Shown in pieces: positions 16,208 through 23,187 of a stretch of 32,000 bases of DNA. The position numbers and the translations under genes were made by a program. The first letter of the stretch is position 1, and every line of letters begins with the position of its first letter. The DNA is from Candidatus Saccharimonadota bacterium. GTDB taxonomy: Bacteria > Patescibacteriota > Patescibacteriia > 2-12-FULL-60-25. The DNA lies in assembly GCA_023898425.1 (NCBI GenBank), contig CP060222.1, forward strand, positions 660,001-692,000, read 5' to 3'. The notes below the pieces were generated by a model that saw only the letters and a list, made by a program, of their open reading frames with translations, did not search any database and was not told the origin of the DNA.

Positions 16208-18145
16208 TTACGGAAGTCTTATAGGAGCAACACATCCACCCGCTTGTGGACGACCATTACAGCAATTAGGATTTTGCGTATTTGCAGCACAGCTCACGGA
16301 TGCGGCTGGTACATAACAATTTTGATACAGATTCTGAATGCCAGAATTAAGCACCGGTTGATAAATCGGCACAATTGCTGTAGCGCCTGTACCAGTAGCC
16401 GCAACAAAGAGACGATGATCGATCGTAATCTTACCAAGCGATGTTGTGTCACCAACGCCTGCTACAGAACCTGCGGATGTAAGCGGTTGATAGGATGCCG
16501 ACCACCAAAAAGTATCCGCCATACGTGCTGGCTCATTTGTCTGCAGAACAACTTCGTCACTATTGACCGTTGATGCACGTAAAGGCGTATCAAACGTCGC
16601 ATCAATCATTGCATCAACTGAAAGATTACTCGAAGCACCAGCATCACCGGCGCGTGGATTTGTTGAGCGAATAACCGGAGCATCTAAGTTTGGTCTGTCC
16701 GTCGTCTGAAATGTCCAACCGTAGTCATCATTACCTGCTACAGCATCGCTATCAGAACCTTGGGCTTGATTATCGCCATTACCATCTAAAGAATTGCTCG
16801 CAAGATCTACAATACCATCATACAGAGAACCTGATACGGCAGCTGTTGGTGGATTATCACTCAAGGTTGCTGCTTTTGCGACCACAGCAATAGCCGTGCT
16901 CGCAGGCAAACAATAGATTGTTGAACCACAAGAATTTGTGCCACAGCTTTGATCGGTGACAAATTCTAAGGTTCGGTATTGATTTGATAATTTAAATGAG
17001 CCATTAGGACGCGTTGTCCCGCCAGCCGTCACCTGAACATTGGTAAATCCTGAACCATTTTGAAACATTCCTGATGCAGAAACAGGATCAACCGCTTCGC
17101 TAAACTGCATTTGCACAATCACGTTTGGCGCATAGGAGCCGCCGTCAGTAGGAATAACCGAAGTTACACGTGGAGGCGTATTATCGATGATGGTCGATAC
17201 TTGAAATTGCCATTTATATCCTGCGCTAAAACTCCCTCCGAATGCAGCTGAATTATCTTCTCGACGCAAACCGTTTAATCCTCCAACAAACTCAACCGTA
17301 TAATCCGTGTCTACGGTTGGGCTACCGAGATATTGCACGGGACGAATCACAAAGGTCTGACGATCGTCGGTAAAACTTACACGCGCCTCGGTTGTGGATA
17401 AAGCCTGATCACGTTTACCGGATGGATATACTTTTACAATGTCCGCATTTAAGCCGATGGTTGTCGTGCGACCAGCATCATCAGCAAGATTTGAAGGTGT
17501 CCCATTGTCGTCATAACCAGCAATCATGGTTGAAAGCTTGATTGGTTCTTTGAAGGTGATAACGATGGCTGTATTACGCGCAATACCGGTTGCATCACGA
17601 GCCGGAATATGAGACTCGACGATCCCTGCACCGAGCGCACCGGCAGAACCAGGAAATCCACCATTATTACCAAACGGGTCACCTGTACCGGATCCGCCGC
17701 CAAGACCACCATCGCCCGCTAAAAGCCCGATAACAAATGCGGTGATCGCAAAAGAAGAAACGATGATAATTAACCCAATAATACCGTTACGAATCCAGAG
17801 TTTTGCTTTTTCGATTTGTTCATTATTGCCACCCGCCGTCATCCACAACCAACCTGCATAGATGATAATAACGAGCAATACGATACCCATGAAACCCAAA
17901 AAGATATTGATGATACGACCAATAATCGTAGGAAGATCCGTTTGCGTTTCTAAACCGGTGGCAGCACCAACTTCGGTGAGACCTGGGTCAACGGTTTGTG
18001 CAAAGACGGCGGATGGGGCGGCAAAAAAAGCGACGCAAAAAAACACCGCAATCACGACAGCGAAAATACTCGCCATCCGTGATCGTGCGGTGCTTCTTAC
18101 GGAACCATCCGAAAGCATGGGAAGGAGGGATCCAAACATGTACAC
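16208..18145 (-). CDS. 645-aa surface protein: signal peptide, VirB2/TrbC-like pilin hairpin, Gly-rich linker, three SbsA/Big_5-like Ig domains, Cys-rich C-terminus
   Basis: The ORF-track start at 18145 is GTG, and an ATG lies at 18137..18139. Signal-like stretch ASIFAVVIAVFFCVAFFAAPSAVFA|QT. The hairpin PTIIGRIINIFLGFMGIVLLVIIIYAGWLWMTAGGNNEQIEKAKLWIRNGIIGLIIIVSSFAITAFVIGLL is paralogous to the giant gene's N-terminus. Big_5-like starts include PPRVTSVIPTDGGSYAPNVIVQMQFSEAVD. Confidence 0.88.
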   Translation of the reverse strand: MYMFGSLLPMLSDGSVRSTARSRMASIFAVVIAVFFCVAFFAAPSAVFAQTVDPGLTEVGAATGLETQTDLPTIIGRIINIFLGFMGIVLLVIIIYAGWLWMTAGGNNEQIEKAKLWIRNGIIGLIIIVSSFAITAFVIGLLAGDGGLGGGSGTGDPFGNNGGFPGSAGALGAGIVESHIPARDATGIARNTAIVITFKEPIKLSTMIAGYDDNGTPSNLADDAGRTTTIGLNADIVKVYPSGKRDQALSTTEARVSFTDDRQTFVIRPVQYLGSPTVDTDYTVEFVGGLNGLRREDNSAAFGGSFSAGYKWQFQVSTIIDNTPPRVTSVIPTDGGSYAPNVIVQMQFSEAVDPVSASGMFQNGSGFTNVQVTAGGTTRPNGSFKLSNQYRTLEFVTDQSCGTNSCGSTIYCLPASTAIAVVAKAATLSDNPPTAAVSGSLYDGIVDLASNSLDGNGDNQAQGSDSDAVAGNDDYGWTFQTTDRPNLDAPVIRSTNPRAGDAGASSNLSVDAMIDATFDTPLRASTVNSDEVVLQTNEPARMADTFWWSASYQPLTSAGSVAGVGDTTSLGKITIDHRLFVAATGTGATAIVPIYQPVLNSGIQNLYQNCYVPAASVSCAANTQNPNCCNGRPQAGGCVAPIRLP

Positions 18146-18148
18146 ATC

Positions 18149-18586
18149 TTACTCCGAAAGCAGTCTCTGGACAATGGCTCTGACAGTGTTTCCGTCGGCC
18201 TTTCCATCCACAGCCTTCATTGCCGCTCCCATGGCCTTACCCATATCACTTGCCTGCATACCTGCAACAGCTTCTTTCACGATTTTTTCTACTTCTTCTA
18301 CCGGCATTGCTGGGGGTAAATAGGCAGAAAGGATATCGATTTCTTGCTGTTGTTTTTCTACAAGGTCTTGGCGTCCTGCGGTCTGAAAATCTGAGATCGC
18401 GTCTTGATATTGCTTGATCATGGTTTTCAAAACAGCAAAGGCGCTTTGATCATCGAGATCTTTTTGCATTTCTATTTGTTTGTTTTTTAACGAAGTGCGA
18501 GCCATGCGTAGCACCGAAAGGCGCTGTTCGCTTTTTGCCTTCATGGCTTCTTTTAAGTCTTGGTCAATACGTTCGATGACGGTCAT
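18149..18586 (-). CDS. yqeY: GatB/YqeY-domain protein
   Basis: MTVIERIDQDLKEAMKAKSEQRLSVLRMARTSLKNKQIE...GKAMGAAMKAVDGKADGNTVRAIVQRLL matches the YqeY-like family pattern. The ORF-track start at 18616 is a TTG; the ATG at 18584..18586 gives the usual N-terminus. It lies downstream of rpsU, as in Firmicutes. Confidence 0.85.
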   Translation of the reverse strand: MTVIERIDQDLKEAMKAKSEQRLSVLRMARTSLKNKQIEMQKDLDDQSAFAVLKTMIKQYQDAISDFQTAGRQDLVEKQQQEIDILSAYLPPAMPVEEVEKIVKEAVAGMQASDMGKAMGAAMKAVDGKADGNTVRAIVQRLLSE

Positions 18587-18616
18587 AGTATGAACTACTT
18601 TAACGGATAAGAACAA

Positions 18617-18668
18617 AAGAAGCTAGCTATTAACGACTAGTAACCTAGTGGCTAATCTCTAGCTTCTT
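18617..18668 (-). terminator. Stem-loop between rpsU and yqeY: 10-bp stem AAGAAGCTAG/CTAGCTTCTT, 32-nt loop with an inner ACTAG/CTAGT hairpin, then a T-rich run on the minus strand
   Basis: Plus-strand 18617..18626 is the exact reverse complement of 18659..18668. On the minus strand the stem is followed by TTTTGTTCTT. The long loop makes it atypical for an intrinsic terminator. Confidence 0.4.
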
Positions 18669-18676
18669 GGATGCGT

Positions 18677-18919
18677 TTAACGGCGTCCTTTTTTGCGTTT
18701 TTCTTCTTTGAGCTGACCTGTTTTCATGAGGTATTCGTACTGTTGACTCATGAATTCGCGGCGAAGAGCCCCGAAGCGGCGACCATTACGGTTTGGACCG
18801 CCATCGTGGAAACGACGTTTTTTGGCTTCGATTTGTTTGCCGCTGGACTGAAAGCGACGCTGGAAGCGGCGCAACATAGCGTCAAATGTTTCGTTTTTCT
18901 TGCGATTGATTTGTACCAT
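18677..18919 (-). CDS. rpsU: 30S ribosomal protein S21
   Basis: 80 aa, very basic. MVQINRKKNETFDAMLRRFQRRFQSSGKQIEAKKRRF fits the S21 pattern (F-[DE]-x-A-L-R-R-F-K-R). A strong SD, AAAGGAG (complement of 18929..18935), lies 9 nt before the ATG. Confidence 0.85.
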   Translation of the reverse strand: MVQINRKKNETFDAMLRRFQRRFQSSGKQIEAKKRRFHDGGPNRNGRRFGALRREFMSQQYEYLMKTGQLKEEKRKKGRR

Positions 18920-18972
18920 GGTGACACGCTCCTTTCTGGGTAAATTCGTATCTAATTGATACGTTGGCCCAG

Positions 18973-19001
18973 AATATAGCTGAACTTAGCCAAAACGTCA
19001 A
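18973..19001 (-). promoter_or_regulatory. Sigma-70-like promoter for rpsU: TTGACG, 17-nt spacer, TATATT
   Basis: On the minus strand the -35 TTGACG is the complement of 18996..19001 and the -10 TATATT is the complement of 18973..18978, with an exact 17-nt spacer. The predicted 5' UTR begins with the hairpin CGTATC-AATTA-GATACG (18947..18963). Confidence 0.5.
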
Positions 19002-19032
19002 TAAGTCAAATTGGGCCTGAATCATCCCCTGC

Positions 19033-19054
19033 CCCTTCTTTATTTAAAGAAGGG
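19033..19054. repeat. Perfect palindrome CCCTTCTTTA-TT-TAAAGAAGGG
   Basis: The arms 19033..19042 and 19045..19054 are exact reverse complements. It lies between the hisS stop and the rpsU promoter. Confidence 0.7.
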
Positions 19055-19070
19055 CGACTGACTCTGACCT

Positions 19071-19096
19071 CCCTCTTCTTTTAATAAAGAAGAGGG
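19071..19096. repeat. Perfect palindrome CCCTCTTCTTT-TAAT-AAAGAAGAGGG, related to the one at 19033
   Basis: The arms 19071..19081 and 19086..19096 are exact reverse complements. It starts 25 nt after the hisS stop codon on the transcribed strand. Confidence 0.7.
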
Positions 19097-19115
19097 AATG
19101 AGGGAGATGATTCTC

Positions 19116-20498
19116 TTAAGGCTTTAAATTCTGTAGTTTTTTCTTGATTTCGTGGACGGCTTTTTTGATATCTACCGTTTCTTGAGAACCAGCATCCATA
19201 TCACGGATTAAGACGGTACCGTCAAGAACTTCCTTTTGGCCCAAGACGAGCGCCCATTTTGCCTGACGTTTATTTGCTACTTCCATCTGTGCTTTGATAT
19301 TGGATTTGGCAAAGGCTTCACCAACAGGAATACCTGCTTCGCGGAACTCTTCAAAGAGAGCGAGGGCTTTTTTGCGACCCATATCTCCAAGTTGAGCGAT
19401 AAAGACATCTACCGATGCATAACGATGCTGATCAGGAGAAGGTGGGTTCTTTTCTTTTAGGCGAGAGATGATGCGATCGACACCAAAGGCACAACCCACA
19501 GCTGGTGTAGGGCGGCCACCGAGTAACTCAACGAGACCATCATAGCGTCCACCGCCACCAAGAGCAGACTGTGATTGTTCTGCATCCTCTGTGCTTGCAT
19601 ACCACTCCCAAACGGTTTTGGTGTAGTAATCAAGACCGCGAACCAAGTATGGATCAAGCTGATACGGCACACCTAACTCATCAAGATACTCGAGCACTCG
19701 CATAAAGTGCGCTTTTGAATCCTCATCCAACCAATCAACGAGTTGCGGTGCTTCAGCTTTTAACTCAAGAATGACTGGATCTTTTGAATCGAGTAAACGC
19801 AATGGATTTTTTAATAAACGTTTTTTGTCTTCGTCTGAAAGTTTGGCTTTCTTTGCACGGAAATAGGCAACGAGAGCATTCTTATAGTTTGCGCGAGATT
19901 CTGGTGTACCGAGTGAGTTGATACGTAATACTGCATCAATACCTAAGCTCTTTAACACATTCCAGCCAAGAACAATAAGTTGCGCATCGACAATCGCGTC
20001 TTCTTCGCCAATACATTCGAAACCTGCTTGGTAGAATTGTCTAAATCGACCAGACTGTGGACGATCATAGCGAAACATTGGACCTTCGTACCAAAGTTTT
20101 ACGGGTTGTGGCACGTTTAACATGCCGTGTTGAATGTAAGAACGAACAACGCCCGCTGTACCTTCTGGACGTAATGCTGCGTCTTCGCCACCGAGTGTAT
20201 CAAAGCGATAGAGTTCTTTTTCAACGACATCCGTTGCACGACCTACGCCACGAATAAAGAGAGCCGTCTCTTCTACGATTGGTGTATCAATGCGATCAAA
20301 GCCGTATGACCCTGCAATGCTTGCAACGGTGTCACGCACTTCTTGCCAATAAGGCTGATCATTTGGCACAAGATCACGCATACCGCGCATGATCTGAATC
20401 GGTTGCGGAGCTTTTTTGGATGATGTCGCTGCTTCTGCAGAGGCTTTTGCGGTTGCCGTTGTTTTTGCAACGGTCTTTTTTACTGGTTTGGATGGCAT
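19116..20498 (-). CDS. hisS: Histidine--tRNA ligase (class II) with a Lys/Ala/Thr-rich N-terminal extension
   Basis: 460 aa. The RGMRDLVPND... and ...FRYDRPQSGRFRQFYQ class-II HisRS motifs are present, with a C-terminal anticodon-binding-like region. The start is 4 nt after the lepB stop. Confidence 0.93.
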   Translation of the reverse strand: MPSKPVKKTVAKTTATAKASAEAATSSKKAPQPIQIMRGMRDLVPNDQPYWQEVRDTVASIAGSYGFDRIDTPIVEETALFIRGVGRATDVVEKELYRFDTLGGEDAALRPEGTAGVVRSYIQHGMLNVPQPVKLWYEGPMFRYDRPQSGRFRQFYQAGFECIGEEDAIVDAQLIVLGWNVLKSLGIDAVLRINSLGTPESRANYKNALVAYFRAKKAKLSDEDKKRLLKNPLRLLDSKDPVILELKAEAPQLVDWLDEDSKAHFMRVLEYLDELGVPYQLDPYLVRGLDYYTKTVWEWYASTEDAEQSQSALGGGGRYDGLVELLGGRPTPAVGCAFGVDRIISRLKEKNPPSPDQHRYASVDVFIAQLGDMGRKKALALFEEFREAGIPVGEAFAKSNIKAQMEVANKRQAKWALVLGQKEVLDGTVLIRDMDAGSQETVDIKKAVHEIKKKLQNLKP

Positions 20499-20502
20499 AG
20501 GT

Positions 20503-21111
20503 TTATTTGTCTAATTCGTAATCAAATGAAGTGAAGTGTTTCCAGCGATCAAACGGAAATCCGCGTAGCCAGACTCGACCAACGACATAGCTTTTATTTA
20601 CTGGTCCAAAGAAACGAGAGTCTAAACTTGATGAACGATTATCTCCAAGGACATAATACTCATCCATTTTTAACGTTACGGTTTGTGAATTTGCCGTGAA
20701 GTCTTGATCGAGGTAGCTTGTTTCGTTTATAAGCATCCCGTTAGGATGTTTATCATTGTAGATCTTAATCTTACCATTTGAGATTTCTACCGTTTCACCT
20801 GGCAAACCGATAATGCGTTTAATGAAAAATTCTTTCGTATTGTTTGGATACTTGAATACCACGACATCACCACGCGCAGGCGTATGCAATCGATAGGAGA
20901 GTTCATCGATGATCAAGTATTCATGATCAAAGAAATTTGGCTCCATGCTAGCACCCTGAACGTAAAAAGGCTGGATGAGAAAAAAACGAATCGGAATAAT
21001 AAGCGCTAAAGAAATGGCCAATACTTGAACAACTTCAAGGATAACTCCTAGCGGAGATGATGATGCCTCGCTTACCGAGTCATCCGTCTTTTTGCGAAAT
21101 AGTGTAAACAT
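20503..21111 (-). CDS. lepB: Signal peptidase I (S26 family)
   Basis: 202 aa with an N-terminal TM helix. The catalytic Ser box is GASMEPNF, the Lys box is FIKRIIGLPGE, and GDNRSSSLDSRFFGPV is also present. Confidence 0.9.
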   Translation of the reverse strand: MFTLFRKKTDDSVSEASSSPLGVILEVVQVLAISLALIIPIRFFLIQPFYVQGASMEPNFFDHEYLIIDELSYRLHTPARGDVVVFKYPNNTKEFFIKRIIGLPGETVEISNGKIKIYNDKHPNGMLINETSYLDQDFTANSQTVTLKMDEYYVLGDNRSSSLDSRFFGPVNKSYVVGRVWLRGFPFDRWKHFTSFDYELDK

Positions 21112-21159
21112 AGCGGAATACGGCCTATCATACCCTAAAAAAGACCCCTTGTCGAGCCT

Positions 21160-21573
21160 CTACTTTTGACTTTTTTCGATGATTTTTTCGTATTGTTTTA
21201 TCGTCACCGGCATGACCGAAAGCCTCGATTGACGTACGAGCGAAAAGTCAACAAAAAAAGCATCTGCCTTAATCTCAGCTAGTGTCACTGGTTTCTTTAA
21301 TGCTTTAACTGGAACGATGTCCACAGCCACCCAATCTCGCTTTTGATCAGTATTCGTTGGATCCGGATAAGCGGATTTTTTTATTGAAGCGAGGCCTACC
21401 ACTTTTTTGGGACCTTGGCTTTCATAAAAAAGCGCGATGTCCCCTACCTTCATCTTTTTTAGATTCAAAGCTGCTGCCGCACTGCGTACACCTGTCCAAG
21501 CCGTTTTGCCATCATGAAGCAATTCTTTCCAACCAAATTCTTCGGGGTCGGATTTAATAAGCCAATAGTTCAT
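21160..21573 (-). CDS. EVE (PUA-like) domain protein
   Basis: 137 aa. MNYWLIKSDPEEFGWKELLHDGKTAWTGVRSAAAALNLKKMKVGDIALFYES... matches the EVE/DUF55 pattern (YWL-x-K-x-x-P...W-x-GVRN...M-x-x-GD...FYHS). Confidence 0.8.
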   Translation of the reverse strand: MNYWLIKSDPEEFGWKELLHDGKTAWTGVRSAAAALNLKKMKVGDIALFYESQGPKKVVGLASIKKSAYPDPTNTDQKRDWVAVDIVPVKALKKPVTLAEIKADAFFVDFSLVRQSRLSVMPVTIKQYEKIIEKSQK

Positions 21574-21577
21574 AGAT

Positions 21578-22504
21578 TTATGTTCTTAAAAAACGAATTG
21601 CTTCGGTAAGTGCTTCTTGATCACTCTCTAACCACTTGATGCGCTGATCCCGCTTAAACCAAGTAAGTTGGCGTTTTGCATAATGCCATGTCGCTAATTG
21701 AATAGCGGTTTTTGCTTCGTTTTCTGTTAATTGTCCCTCAAGCACTTGGCGTAACTCTGGATACCCAATAGAAGACCATGCCGGCACATCGAGCGGAATA
21801 TCTTTTGTTAATAAATCACGAACCTCTTGTAACCAGCCATCATGAAAGAACCGTTCAATGGTTGTATCGATGCGATTACGCAATACCTCTGGCTCATGTT
21901 TTAATGCTAACTGCAATGCATCATATTTTGGATCACCGTTTTTACGAATTTCGTTTATTGGAAGGTCGAGTGCTTTTATAAGCTCTATCGCTCGAATAAT
22001 ACGTCGAGGATTTTGTAAATCGATGCTATTGCCTGCATCTTCATCTAATTCTAGCAGCTCATGAACAAGCTCAGGCAGGTCTTTTTGCTCAAGTTCTTTG
22101 CGTAGCTCTTCGTTTGGTGGAACCTCTGGTAATAATGGTTGATCGATCAAAGCGCTGATATACAAACCTGTGCCACCAACAATGATAGGTAGCTTATTAC
22201 GTGATAAAATATCTTCAATACGTTCTTCAGCGAGCGCTTTATATTCGGCAACGCTGATTGGCTCACGAGGGTCTTGCGAATCCATCAAATAATGCGGGAC
22301 ATCATCTACCCAACAGATATGTTCGTCGTGGTGATATTCGCTTTCGCATTCGGGCTTACCAGTACCAATAGAAAAATCTTTATAGAGTTGACGAGCATCA
22401 GCGCTCACAATTTCTCCATCAAATCTTTTTGCTAACAAAAGACCCAGCGAAGTTTTACCGCTTGCTGTTGGACCAACGATACAGAGGATTTTTGGTAAGC
22501 TCAC
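21578..22504 (-). CDS. miaA: tRNA dimethylallyltransferase MiaA
   Basis: 308 aa with a GTG start. The P-loop is IVGPTASGKTSLGLLLAKRFDGEIVSADARQLYKDFSIGTGKP, and the IPPT family layout is typical. Confidence 0.92.
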   Translation of the reverse strand: MSLPKILCIVGPTASGKTSLGLLLAKRFDGEIVSADARQLYKDFSIGTGKPECESEYHHDEHICWVDDVPHYLMDSQDPREPISVAEYKALAEERIEDILSRNKLPIIVGGTGLYISALIDQPLLPEVPPNEELRKELEQKDLPELVHELLELDEDAGNSIDLQNPRRIIRAIELIKALDLPINEIRKNGDPKYDALQLALKHEPEVLRNRIDTTIERFFHDGWLQEVRDLLTKDIPLDVPAWSSIGYPELRQVLEGQLTENEAKTAIQLATWHYAKRQLTWFKRDQRIKWLESDQEALTEAIRFLRT

Positions 22505-22515
22505 ATTACCTCTGA

Positions 22516-22956
22516 CTAATTACCCGCTTTTGCTTTTTTGATGGCTTGCACAACACGACTATCGCTCTTGAGCTGTTCTACAAAAATCACATGTTCGCGA
22601 TTGATGAGCATCCAGTCTTCTGGGCCATGAAGCTCTTTACCTAGTTTAATGAGAGCCATGTCTCCTTCTGAACCAACTTCGGTACCTTGTGCTTGCACGG
22701 GTTGCTTTGACTGCAAGTAGTAAACATCCGTTAGCTTGTACGAACCTCTTGTTGAGACAAGCTTACCAAAATACACTTGGTCATTTGTTAAAAAAACAGC
22801 CTGGTAAGAGTCACCGTTAATAACCGAAGGTAAGGCGGTGAACGTATAAACAAAGAGTCCTCCCAAAATAAGGGCACTCATGACCAAGATAGCAATTGCT
22901 CGTTGACGAGATTCGGTCAAAAACATTGGTATACGCATATGCCTACAGTGTAACAC
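22516..22956 (-). CDS. Hypothetical membrane-anchored protein; start ambiguous (GTG 22956, ATG 22938 or ATG 22926)
   Basis: 146-aa ORF with one N-terminal TM helix, AIAILVMSALILGGLFVYTF. The rest is soluble-looking and belongs to no family I recognise. Confidence 0.6.
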   Translation of the reverse strand: MLHCRHMRIPMFLTESRQRAIAILVMSALILGGLFVYTFTALPSVINGDSYQAVFLTNDQVYFGKLVSTRGSYKLTDVYYLQSKQPVQAQGTEVGSEGDMALIKLGKELHGPEDWMLINREHVIFVEQLKSDSRVVQAIKKAKAGN

Positions 22957-22957
22957 A

Positions 22958-22986
22958 TTCTCAACGACAATAAAAAGCGCTATAAT
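22958..22986 (+). promoter_or_regulatory. Promoter-like site for the small plus-strand ORF: TTCTCA, 17-nt spacer, TATAAT
   Basis: A perfect TATAAT sits at 22981..22986, and TTCTCA at 22958..22963 gives a 17-nt spacer. The ATG lies only 8 nt after the -10 element, implying a leaderless or near-leaderless mRNA. Confidence 0.3.
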
Positions 22987-22994
22987 AAAGACCT

Positions 22995-23171
22995 ATGGCA
23001 TCCCCCACCCCTCAACAACAAGCCGCCTTAAAGCAAGCCTACCTAAAACTCAATAAAGACTTGCATGACGTAAAAAAAACATTTATCGAGCGTTCACTCC
23101 CCGTTCTTGATCAACTAGACGAAAAAACCCAACAAGCGATACGTGATCACATCAAAAACACCTCGGAGTAA
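22995..23171 (+). CDS. Small hypothetical protein (58 aa, helical, charged); the only complete plus-strand ORF with signals
   Basis: Absent from the ORF track, probably because it is shorter than the shortest ORFs listed (60 aa). Manual translation gives MASPTPQQQAALKQAYLKLNKDLHDVKKTFIERSLPVLDQLDEKTQQAIRDHIKNTSE*. Its stop codon lies in the loop of a strong terminator hairpin. Confidence 0.35.
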   Translation: MASPTPQQQAALKQAYLKLNKDLHDVKKTFIERSLPVLDQLDEKTQQAIRDHIKNTSE

Positions 23172-23187
23172 CCGAGGTGTTTTTTTA
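23154..23187. terminator. Bidirectional intrinsic terminator shared by eno (minus) and the small plus ORF
   Basis: A 9-bp stem ACACCTCGG/CCGAGGTGT (23158..23166 and 23172..23180) has a 5-nt loop. It is flanked by A5 upstream and T7 downstream, so a U-run follows the hairpin on either strand. Confidence 0.75.

Noticed and set aside
7996-16235. Dozens of 60-166-aa ORFs in the ORF track on both strands inside the giant gene (e.g. 8090..8506 +, 11563..12063 -, 13843..14271 -, 15225..15614 +, 15837..16235 -).
   Set aside because: All lie fully inside the 8.7-kb ORF, whose translation shows coherent domain motifs throughout. Their own translations are low-complexity or Cys/Arg/Leu-biased shadow-frame products with no start signals.
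19021-19111. Possible tRNA or other cloverleaf RNA gene, given the outer stem and two internal hairpins.
   Set aside because: There is no T-loop (GTTCRA) or D-loop consensus, no anticodon-arm geometry and no acceptor stem of the right size. I kept it as an unexplained palindromic element instead.
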